DNA of 64,000 nucleotides from an uncultured Gammaproteobacteria bacterium (GTDB lineage Bacteria; Pseudomonadota; Gammaproteobacteria; CAZYYU01): NCBI GenBank assembly GCA_964651735.1, contig CAZYYU010000004.1, positions 141,687 to 205,686 of the forward strand, read 5' to 3'. Shown piece by piece: positions 56,488 to 64,000 of this stretch (position 1 is its first letter; each line of letters starts with the position of its first letter). The notes under the pieces were generated by a model. It saw only the letters and a program-made list of their open reading frames with translations, ran no database searches and was not told where the DNA came from. The position numbers and the translations under genes were made by a program.

Positions 56488-57954
56488 ATGAAAGCCAGCG
56501 TAGTGGAATTTAATCATCCTATCCAACTTGAAGATATCAAATTTTTTAAGTGGTTACCTGAGAACATAAGAAATTTACCAGACGATGAAGAAGTGCTCAC
56601 TGATGAAGAGCTTAACAGTTTGAAGGCGGCTTATGAATTACAATATCGTAAAACTAATTTCGCTCGATTCTTATTGAATTTTATACCAGCTTTGCTCACT
56701 GGTTTTATATTTCATTTATTCTATTGGATTATCAAAGCGATCATTGTGAGCGATAAAAATCCAAATGCTGAGTTTAATTGGGATTGGAGTAGAGAATTTA
56801 AAGGCATTGATAAAAAGGTTAAACAACTGGATTTAGTGAATAAATTTATTAATAATCCGCCCGATTCTTCATTTTCTGAATCTGAAACTAAAGAAGAAAC
56901 TGAACATAGTCGAGAGTCTGACAAAGCCAATTTGAGCTTTAAAAAAGCTGCTGTTCGTACCGTCTCGTTTTGGTATAACGAAGCAAATCCCAAAGGTGTG
57001 AGAGTCAGTCATGTCATCACAGGACTATTTATAGGTAGAATACCGCATAAGTCACCGCAGTATGTCATCGATTTTGTGAATGATGTGAATCCAACACGAC
57101 CCTTAGGTTTAGTCGTGAGTGTTGTGGAAAAAGACGAATTAAAAGGAAAGGGATTTTTAGGCGCAAAAATGGTTAAACCCGCTGAATGGAATGAGCTAGA
57201 AGTAGATCACCATCTTATTTCAATGGTAGATTTCACAGCAGTCGTTGATACCCCAGATAGTATAGAAACTATTAAAAAAATTCGTGACTGTATTGTATCT
57301 GGAAAATCAGCTTATGTTCATTGCAAAGCAGGGCGCTCAAGAAGTGCTTTATTTTGCATCATTTATTTATGTTGTTATATGATTAATCCTTTAACTGGTC
57401 AGAGATACACTGTAGAAGAGGCACTGCAGCTTCTTAAGAATGCAAGAAATAACGTGGATGTAGGGAAATCCAAAAAAGCTAAGGCAGAGGAAATTATCGA
57501 AGAAATTAAGGAAATACCAGAAATATGGGGTGCAAAGAATAAAGCACATGATAAACGAATAGATGTGTTATTAGGATCAAAGACCATAAAAGACGGAATT
57601 CTTAAATTGCCAGCAGTTGACGCTCTACGAGATTACAAAATTGCTTCAAATAAAGAACATACTGTTAAAAAAGCCAGCAAACGTGGAAAGCGCATTAATC
57701 AAATCTTAAAATTAATAGCAAAACCGCATAGTGAAGAATGGTATTTTAAACTAATTAGCACCAAAGGAATTTATGCAAGATTTATAGAGGCAGGTCCAAG
57801 AGGTGAGGATGAAAAGGATATCAGAAAAGGTTTAATTGATAATCTCAGAGATGAAGTGATAGCCTATATCGCTGATGAACTGAATTATACTTTCGATCCG
57901 GAAGAACAAACGGAATCTTCTGTGGAAAACAGTCTCAGTGTAGCTTCAATATAA
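56488..57954 (+). CDS. Membrane-anchored PTPMT1-like dual-specificity (protein/lipid) phosphatase, effector-like
   Basis: P-loop YVHCKAGRSRSA (~57313-57348) is identical in its core to my recollection of the eukaryotic PTPMT1 motif. N-terminal TM segment FARFLLNFIPALLTGFIFHLFYWII. Acidic/polar C-terminal tail. Confidence 0.75.
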   Translation: MKASVVEFNHPIQLEDIKFFKWLPENIRNLPDDEEVLTDEELNSLKAAYELQYRKTNFARFLLNFIPALLTGFIFHLFYWIIKAIIVSDKNPNAEFNWDWSREFKGIDKKVKQLDLVNKFINNPPDSSFSESETKEETEHSRESDKANLSFKKAAVRTVSFWYNEANPKGVRVSHVITGLFIGRIPHKSPQYVIDFVNDVNPTRPLGLVVSVVEKDELKGKGFLGAKMVKPAEWNELEVDHHLISMVDFTAVVDTPDSIETIKKIRDCIVSGKSAYVHCKAGRSRSALFCIIYLCCYMINPLTGQRYTVEEALQLLKNARNNVDVGKSKKAKAEEIIEEIKEIPEIWGAKNKAHDKRIDVLLGSKTIKDGILKLPAVDALRDYKIASNKEHTVKKASKRGKRINQILKLIAKPHSEEWYFKLISTKGIYARFIEAGPRGEDEKDIRKGLIDNLRDEVIAYIADELNYTFDPEEQTESSVENSLSVASI

Positions 57955-57987
57955 TTTTTCTTGCTGGCATGTTATCGGGTGGTAAAA

Positions 57988-59757
57988 ATGGATACGGTGT
58001 TGTCGAAAAATCTGGGTTCTTTTATTTGGCATTTTTTGAAACCCTATAAAAAAATAGTTCTACTTTATGTTTTTATCGCTCTGCTTGCGGGCTGTTGGGG
58101 GCCTTTCAATGGCATGTTGATTAAACACATGATCAACATATTATCCTCATCGAATTTTGAAAATATTCTAGTATTGAAATGGCCAGCAGTATTTCTTGTC
58201 ATAAATTTTATCATATTTGACAACTTTACGTGGCGTTCGATTGGATATTTAGGTTATAAGTTTCAACCGGTGATAAAAAATCAAATTATCCGAGAAACTT
58301 TCAACTATGTCCTTGGATCTTCTCACCAGTATTTTAGTGATAATTTGTCGGGTCGTATATCCAATCAAATTAATACTCTGGCAGACAATATCGAACGCAT
58401 TGTACATTGGATTTCCGCGGCATTTATTCGAGGCTTTTCATTGTTAGTGGTTTCCTTTATAACGATGTATTTTGTTAATCCGATGTTTTTTTATACCTTA
58501 GCCTCTTGGTTTCTAATTTTTTCTTCGATTAGCATAGTCTTGTCAAAACGTCTTGTTAAATTATCAGACGATTATGCGGAATCTGAGTCAAGTGTCTCCG
58601 GCCAATTAGTGGATTGCCTGAGCAATATGAGTAATGTACGGATTTTCGCAAGACGTATATTCGAAGTATTGCGACTGGATAAATATTTGTTATTAAGCAA
58701 AAAAACATTCCAAAGCAAAGAAATGTTTTTACTCATACTCAATATGATTCAGGGTATGTTGATTGCTGTAATGATGGGCTTTATGGTTTATTTTTTAGTT
58801 CATCTGTATGGACAACATTTAATCTCCATCGGTGATTTTGCTCTAATTCTAGGCTTAAGTATGGAAGTAGGTCATATCTCTTGGTATACCATGGAGCAAG
58901 TCGATCAGTTTAATCAGGCCGTTGGCAAATGCAAACAGAGTCTTTCGGCCTTAATTGTGCAGCAAGAAATAAAAGATAAAAAAGAGGCAAAAGAATTAGT
59001 CGTGAGCAAAGGACAAATTACGTTTGAAGGTGTGAAATTTCACTACAAAGAGACTGAGCCTCTTTTTCAAAATAAATCAGTGACGATAGGTGCAGGTCAA
59101 AAAGTGGGGTTGGTCGGATATTCAGGTGGAGGTAAGTCCACATTCGTCAATTTAATTCTCAGACTTTATGATGTGACAGAAGGACGAATATTAATTGATG
59201 GTCAAGACATTCGCGAAGTCACCCAAGAGAGTTTAAGAAGCAATATTGCAATGATTCCTCAAGACCCTTCACTATTTCATCGCACATTAATGGATAATAT
59301 TCGTTATGGACGCGTAGAAGCTAGCGATGAAGCCGTTATTGAGGCAACAAAACGAGCACATGCACACGAATTTATCAGTATTTTGCCACAGGCCTACGAG
59401 TCATCAGTAGGAGAGCGTGGCGTCAAACTTTCTGGTGGTCAACGACAACGCATCGCAATTGCTCGTGCAATTTTAAAAGATGCTCCCATATTAATTTTAG
59501 ATGAAGCCACATCCCAATTAGATTCTGTAACTGAAAAAGATATCCAAGAAAGTTTATGGGAATTAATGCAAAACAAAACAACAATCGTTATCGCGCATCG
59601 CCTATCTACACTATTACATATGGACCGGATCATCGTATTCGATCAAGGTAAAATTGTGGAAGATGGAACACACGCCCAGTTACTTTCTCGCCCTGGACTG
59701 TACAAAAAACTTTGGGATGCACAGGTCGGTGGTTTTCTGCCTGATAATCATGATTAA
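57988..59757 (+). CDS. ABC exporter, fused permease-ATPase (MsbA/type I exporter family)
   Basis: 6-TM N-terminal domain. GYSGGGKST, LSGGQRQRIAIARA, LILDEATSQLD. The track start at 57961 is TTG; an ATG is at 57988. Confidence 0.85.
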   Translation: MDTVLSKNLGSFIWHFLKPYKKIVLLYVFIALLAGCWGPFNGMLIKHMINILSSSNFENILVLKWPAVFLVINFIIFDNFTWRSIGYLGYKFQPVIKNQIIRETFNYVLGSSHQYFSDNLSGRISNQINTLADNIERIVHWISAAFIRGFSLLVVSFITMYFVNPMFFYTLASWFLIFSSISIVLSKRLVKLSDDYAESESSVSGQLVDCLSNMSNVRIFARRIFEVLRLDKYLLLSKKTFQSKEMFLLILNMIQGMLIAVMMGFMVYFLVHLYGQHLISIGDFALILGLSMEVGHISWYTMEQVDQFNQAVGKCKQSLSALIVQQEIKDKKEAKELVVSKGQITFEGVKFHYKETEPLFQNKSVTIGAGQKVGLVGYSGGGKSTFVNLILRLYDVTEGRILIDGQDIREVTQESLRSNIAMIPQDPSLFHRTLMDNIRYGRVEASDEAVIEATKRAHAHEFISILPQAYESSVGERGVKLSGGQRQRIAIARAILKDAPILILDEATSQLDSVTEKDIQESLWELMQNKTTIVIAHRLSTLLHMDRIIVFDQGKIVEDGTHAQLLSRPGLYKKLWDAQVGGFLPDNHD

Positions 59758-59824
59758 GCTTGGTAAATGTACCAAGGGTAATTCATACTGAAATCGATAA
59801 GAATGCTATCAGTTATTACAATTG

Positions 59825-59946
59825 GTGGTGATAAGCAATACCATTATTATCGATTTATACAGAATTCGATAATAACATGTATTCCTATTCTCAAAAGTGG
59901 TGATAAGTAATGTTATTATTATCGAATATTGACTTTTTCGATAATA
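59825..59946 (+). promoter_or_regulatory. Duplicated operator-like unit upstream of fic
   Basis: Unit 1 is 59825-59875 and unit 2 is 59897-59946. GTGGTGATAAG-N7-ATTATTATCGA matches at 25 of 29 positions. Each is followed ~11-12 nt later by the inverted arm TTCGATAATA. Confidence 0.6.
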
Positions 59947-59957
59947 GTGGTTATGCT
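59929..59957 (+). promoter_or_regulatory. Sigma70-type promoter candidate for fic
   Basis: TTGACT (59929-59934), 17-nt spacer, TATGCT (59952-59957). The right inverted-repeat arm of operator unit 2 sits in the spacer. The TTG used as a start by the ORF track is this -35 box. Confidence 0.45.
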
Positions 59958-59985
59958 TAAAAATAAGCAAACAGAGGCCTCTAAG

Positions 59986-61146
59986 ATGGATATACTACAG
60001 TCTCCTTCAGGGCAAATCGTTAAATCACCCAAAGGGTATCATGCCTTTGTACCCAATACTTTGCCACCTAAACTGGAATGGAATACTGTGCTGGTCAATA
60101 GTCTATCTCGTGCGGATTTCTTACTTGGAAAATTAGCGCGTGAAGGTAATAAATTGCCTAATCCTCACCTTTTGATACGTCCATTCATCACACGTGAAGC
60201 GGTACTGTCTAGCAAAATAGAAGGCACACAAGCAACTTTAGGGGAAGTATTAGCTGTCAATGCTGGTGCCTATGTAAAACAAAACCCGGACGATCTCCAA
60301 GAGGTACAAAATTACATTAAGGCGCTTGACTATGGGCTTGAGCGGTTAGAAGAGCTTCCATTATCTCTTCGCCTTATCAAAGAAATACATGAGCACTTAA
60401 TGCAAGGAGTAAGGGGCTCTCATGCAACACCGGGAGAATTTAGGCGCAGTCAAAATTGGATTGGATCTCCAGGATGTTCGTTGAATACAGCAAAGTTTGT
60501 ACCGCCACCACCTGATAATCTAAACGATTGTTTGAGAGAACTTGAAATATTTTTACAAGATAGATCATTACCACCATTAATCCATATCGCGTTATGTCAT
60601 TATCAGTTTGAAGCCATTCATCCCTTTTTAGATGGTAATGGGCGCGTTGGGCGACTGCTGATAATGTTACTTTTGATTGAACAAAAAATGTTGCCGTCCC
60701 CCTTATTATATTTATCAGCATTTTTTGAAGCGACACGAGATGAATATTATAAACAGCTTTATAGTGTCAGTTCAAATGGTACTTGGCAGGAGTGGCTCAT
60801 TTATTTTCTCAATGGTGTAGCGGTTCAATCGGAAGATGTATTATCGCGAGCTGAACGTATAAATGAATTATTAAGTCAATGGAAAATTGTTGTTGCAAGT
60901 AGTGGATCAAAAGTGCCTGTCGAAATCGTGCAGAATTTTGCTGTGAATCCTTATTTTACCATTAAAAAAATTGCTGAAGTCTTGGGCATAGCTTATAGCA
61001 CTGCTCAGAGAGGCATTCAAAAACTCGAAGCTGTAGGCATTATTAGAAAAGTGAATGAAAATAAGCGAGATAAAGTCTACTGTGCTACCGAAATATTAAG
61101 GATTTTAGAAGAGCCTACAAAAATTAGAGCAGATATTGATGAATAA
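59986..61146 (+). CDS. Fic-family protein (Fic_N, Fic core and C-terminal wHTH)
   Basis: HPFLDGNGRVGR canonical Fic motif. N-terminus SPSGQIVKSPKGYHAFVPNTLPP is Fic_N-like. AGAGG lies 9 nt upstream of the ATG at 59986. Confidence 0.9.
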   Translation: MDILQSPSGQIVKSPKGYHAFVPNTLPPKLEWNTVLVNSLSRADFLLGKLAREGNKLPNPHLLIRPFITREAVLSSKIEGTQATLGEVLAVNAGAYVKQNPDDLQEVQNYIKALDYGLERLEELPLSLRLIKEIHEHLMQGVRGSHATPGEFRRSQNWIGSPGCSLNTAKFVPPPPDNLNDCLRELEIFLQDRSLPPLIHIALCHYQFEAIHPFLDGNGRVGRLLIMLLLIEQKMLPSPLLYLSAFFEATRDEYYKQLYSVSSNGTWQEWLIYFLNGVAVQSEDVLSRAERINELLSQWKIVVASSGSKVPVEIVQNFAVNPYFTIKKIAEVLGIAYSTAQRGIQKLEAVGIIRKVNENKRDKVYCATEILRILEEPTKIRADIDE

Positions 61147-61220
61147 AACTGCTTGTATCATATAATAAGGTATCTTCTCAACAAGCCTTTGTTTCGACAT
61201 ATCTATATAATAAAATATCT

Positions 61221-61583
61221 TTATTTTATTTGATAGTAAATCTCATCAACGTGATCAATTTTTTTACCATCATCTGATTTAATTATTGCAATCACATCGA
61301 ACTTTCCGGCCTTATCACTATTTAAAATATATCTAATTGCACATTGATTGTTATTTGCTGATGCTATGACATTTTTTCTTTCGATGATCCAGGATCCAGC
61401 AAATTCTTTAACACTCGCCAACTGTTCTTCAAGCCTATCTCGTTGTGGGACAAGCAATGATCCATTAGCGATCTTTTTAAAATCAGGTGAAAACAAATTT
61501 TCGATGACATGTTTGTAATCTAAAAATATAGATTGTCCATAGTTATTTTGAAATTCATTATAAACATGAGCCAATTTTTCCAT
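61221..61583 (-). CDS. Hypothetical protein (possibly NTF2/SnoaL-like fold)
   Basis: 120-aa ORF immediately 3' of tRNA-Ser. No motif recognised; the fold guess is weak. Confidence 0.4.
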   Translation of the reverse strand: MEKLAHVYNEFQNNYGQSIFLDYKHVIENLFSPDFKKIANGSLLVPQRDRLEEQLASVKEFAGSWIIERKNVIASANNNQCAIRYILNSDKAGKFDVIAIIKSDDGKKIDHVDEIYYQIK

Positions 61584-61609
61584 ACTAGATCCTTAACTTT
61601 AGCAATGTT

Positions 61610-61700
61610 TGGCGGAGAGGGAGGGATTTGAACCCTCGGTACGTGTTTAGCGTACACACACTTTCCAGGCGTGCTCCTTAAACCACTCGGACACCTCTCC
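61610..61700 (-). tRNA. tRNA-Ser (anticodon GGA)
   Basis: The reverse complement reads GGAGAGGTGTCCGAGTGGTTTAAGGAGCACGCCTGGAAAGTGTGTGTACGCTAAACACGTACCGAGGGTTCAAATCCCTCCCTCTCCGCCA. 7-bp acceptor stem, anticodon stem CACGC/GTGTG with loop CU-GGA-AA, long variable arm, GGTTCAAATCC T-loop, encoded CCA. 91 nt. Confidence 0.95.
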
Positions 61701-61737
61701 AAAGAGGGGATAAAATAGCATTTATGCGGGGAATATT

Positions 61738-62889
61738 CTAGTCTACTAAGTGGGAATGCTCATGGAGAAGCAAGTATTCCAAGCATTGTTCATAAATCTG
61801 GGATAGTTTTTCAAGATCATCCATATTAATATGCTCATCAATCTTATGGATACTGGCATTGATAGGTCCAAATTCCACCACCTCACAGCCCAACTTAGCG
61901 ATAAATCGTCCGTCAGAGGTACCACCGATGGTTGATAAAACTGGGGTTATTCCGCTAACAGAATGGATGGCCTTGCTCACTGCTTCAGTTAATTTTCCCT
62001 CAAGTGTCATGTAGGGCTCGCCCGTGAGTTTCCACTCAATGTCGTATTTTATTTTTTCAGAATCAAGCAGGGTAGTGATGCGAGATTTTATTTCATCTGG
62101 AGAAATTTCGGGTGAATATCGCAAATTAAATTGTAATTTTAAAGATCCTGGTATGACATTATCGGCACCTGTTCCAGAATGAATATTTGAGATCTGAAAG
62201 GTGGTGGGTGGAAATAATTTATTGCCCATGTCCCATTTAATATTACACAATTTATCGAGAAATTTTCCGCAAGCATGGATGGGATTATCACCTTTTTCAG
62301 GATAGGCAATATGTGCTTGAACACCGTGTATAGTAATTAATCCATGAAAAGAACCACGACGACCGACTTTTATAGTATCACCAAAATGTTTATCACTACT
62401 GGCTTCACCTACAATACAATAATCTACTTTAGTTTGTTTATTCAATAAATGTTCAACAACTTTTTTGGTGCCATTTATTCCTAAGGCTTCTTCATCGCTG
62501 GTAATCAAAAATGCAATACATCCTTTGTGATTTGGATGCAATTTTATAAATCGTTCTGTTGCAGTAATCATTGCAGCTAAGCTGCTTTTCATATCGGCAG
62601 CGCCACGACCATATAAATGTCCCTCACGACGGGTAGGCTCAAAAGGAGGGGATTGCCATTTATCTTCGGGACCCGGAGGTACCACATCGGTGTGACCTGC
62701 AAAAATGAGTGTGGGTTTTGAGTAGCCGTGAGTTGCCCAGAAATTTGAAACGTCATCAAAGGGCAATTTTTCGATAACAAATCCTAATTTTTTTAATCGT
62801 TCAATCAAGATATCTTGGCAACCGGCATCCTCAGGTGAAAGTGATTTTTTACTGATCAATTGGCTGGCAAGTTCAAGTGTAGCTGACAT
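61738..62889 (-). CDS. dapE: Succinyl-diaminopimelate desuccinylase
   Basis: 383 aa, M20 peptidase. FAGHTDVVPPG, GRGAADMK, SDEE. Confidence 0.9.
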   Translation of the reverse strand: MSATLELASQLISKKSLSPEDAGCQDILIERLKKLGFVIEKLPFDDVSNFWATHGYSKPTLIFAGHTDVVPPGPEDKWQSPPFEPTRREGHLYGRGAADMKSSLAAMITATERFIKLHPNHKGCIAFLITSDEEALGINGTKKVVEHLLNKQTKVDYCIVGEASSDKHFGDTIKVGRRGSFHGLITIHGVQAHIAYPEKGDNPIHACGKFLDKLCNIKWDMGNKLFPPTTFQISNIHSGTGADNVIPGSLKLQFNLRYSPEISPDEIKSRITTLLDSEKIKYDIEWKLTGEPYMTLEGKLTEAVSKAIHSVSGITPVLSTIGGTSDGRFIAKLGCEVVEFGPINASIHKIDEHINMDDLEKLSQIYEQCLEYLLLHEHSHLVD

Positions 62890-62896
62890 TAATTCA

Positions 62897-63715
62897 TTAT
62901 TCCCTTAGCAGTTGAGTTAATCCTACTTTTGCACGAGTTTTTTCATCCACACGTTTTACAATCACAGCACAGTATAAACTGTGTGACCCATCTTCTGAGG
63001 GTAAATTACCCGGAACAACAACAGCTCCACTGGGTACTCGACCATAACTAATTTTACCCGTTTCACGATCATAAATTTTTGTGCTCTGTCCGATAAAAAC
63101 ACCCATGGAAATCACTGCGCCTTTTTCAACAATCACTCCTTCAACAATTTCAGACCGTGCTCCGACAAAAACATTGTCTTCAATAATAGTGGGATTTGCT
63201 TGCAAAGGTTCTAAGACACCACCAATTCCTACACCGCCTGATAAATGCACATTATTTCCAATTTGTGCACAGGACCCTACTGTCACCCAAGTGTCAACCA
63301 TAGTGCCAGTACCAATATAAGCGCCGATATTCACATAAGAGGGCATTAAAATTGTATTAGGAGCAATATAAGCACCTTTACGTGCGATGGCATGTGGCAC
63401 AATACGAACATTGGATTTTTCAAGATCTGTGGCATTATATTGCGCAAATTTTAATGGAAGCTTGTCGTAAAATTGCGTGAAATATCCGTCAATAGGAGCG
63501 CTCTTATTAATTTTAAAAGCCAATAGAACCGCTTTTTTAACCCATTGATTGACAATCCATTCACCGTCTTTTTTTTCAGCAACTCGTATTTTGCCTTGAT
63601 CTAATAAATCAATCGCCGTATCTATTGCATATTTCAGTGAAGTGTCTTCAGATGCCGTATTAATTTCAGAAATTCGTTCAAAGGCTTTTTCAATAATACT
63701 AATAAGTTCAAGCAT
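62897..63715 (-). CDS. dapD: Tetrahydrodipicolinate N-succinyltransferase
   Basis: Hexapeptide-repeat LbH domain with an N-terminal helical domain. The ATG at 63715 gives the canonical ~273 aa. The track start at 63862 overlaps the upstream gene. Confidence 0.9.
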   Translation of the reverse strand: MLELISIIEKAFERISEINTASEDTSLKYAIDTAIDLLDQGKIRVAEKKDGEWIVNQWVKKAVLLAFKINKSAPIDGYFTQFYDKLPLKFAQYNATDLEKSNVRIVPHAIARKGAYIAPNTILMPSYVNIGAYIGTGTMVDTWVTVGSCAQIGNNVHLSGGVGIGGVLEPLQANPTIIEDNVFVGARSEIVEGVIVEKGAVISMGVFIGQSTKIYDRETGKISYGRVPSGAVVVPGNLPSEDGSHSLYCAVIVKRVDEKTRAKVGLTQLLRE

Positions 63716-64000
63716 GAGTATACCTAATGATCCAATTAATCGTTCCATGTTTATCGATAAGCGTAGAGCCTCGATTTTCAGTGTGTGTAGCAGTGATTCC
63801 AGGGTCAGTAAATTCTTGTAGAATTTTCCCAGAGACTTTACCGGCCATAAAGATGGCAACATTTTTTCGACTCATGAATCCAACATTTTTATATCCTGAG
63901 TCTACTTCACCGCAGCGATAAACCAGTTGAATTTCAGGTCCCATAAATCCTTCTTCCAAATCAAAATGTTTTACATCATTTGGATAGATGAGGTGAGGTG
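63708..64000 (-). CDS. C-terminal part of an unidentified protein (gene starts beyond the window end)
   Basis: The frame is open from position 64000 ([41 protein letters not shown]...[19 protein letters not shown]). The stop overlaps the dapD start by 8 nt. Family not recognised. Confidence 0.45.
   Translation of the reverse strand, partial: PHLIYPNDVKHFDLEEGFMGPEIQLVYRCGEVDSGYKNVGFMSRKNVAIFMAGKVSGKILQEFTDPGITATHTENRGSTLIDKHGTINWIIRYTHA

Noticed and set aside
61520-61702. 60-aa ORF from the track (MERCPSGLRSTPGK...)
   Set aside because: It is the translation of tRNA-Ser(GGA) and its flank on the same strand, so it is not a protein gene.
63708-63959. Track ORF start at 63959 (TTG) for the last gene
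   Set aside because: The frame stays open upstream to position 64000, so the TTG is an artefact of the window edge. The feature is annotated as a 3' partial CDS instead.

Overview
AT-rich gammaproteobacterial chromosome segment. The gene content looks Legionellales/Legionella-like: ankyrin and PTPMT1-like phosphatase genes, CaaX-terminated proteins, phhA, patatin. That assignment is inference only. Housekeeping blocks: a partial ABC-F ATPase, an MFS gene, purH, a complete histidine operon (hisG-D-[C::Bd fusion]-H-A-F-IE) with a divergent IMPase-type phosphatase, proBA, tRNA-Ser(GGA), and dapE-dapD. Between them lie accessory genes. The stand-out region is 12.0-25.5 kb, where three co-directional minus-strand genes all end in a CaaX prenylation box. 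(1) A 2427/2433-aa protein with the domain order OTU protease, pentapeptide repeats, TIR-like domain, NACHT NTPase, HEAT-like repeats, ending CKIL. (2) A 1307-aa protein with an Ulp1/CE-clan-like protease and a NACHT NTPase, ending CILM. (3) A 497-aa protein with a zinc phospholipase C/P1-nuclease-like motif, ending CTIL. The module is much more AT-rich than the neighbouring his operon. It is bracketed by an imperfect ~41-nt direct repeat (12008-12048 and 25414-25454). I read it as an inserted islet encoding host-prenylated, NLR-like deubiquitinase-type effectors; an NLR-type antiphage role is the alternative. Other accessory content: a DUF4917/SIR2-like gene convergent with a Schlafen(AlbA_2)-ATPase gene, with a phased TTCCGGG array between them; a DevCA-HlyD-OMF exporter; a brnQ leader with an 8-nt anti-Shine-Dalgarno sequence; an AbiEi/AbiEii toxin-antitoxin pair; a GC-rich guaC; a 982-aa ankyrin protein; a truncated-Ada/Ogt plus AlkD operon; and a Fic gene with duplicated operator-like repeats next to the tRNA. 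Two copies of a nested-hairpin MITE-like element flank the pur/his block. I saw no CRISPR array, rRNA, transposase or integrase.
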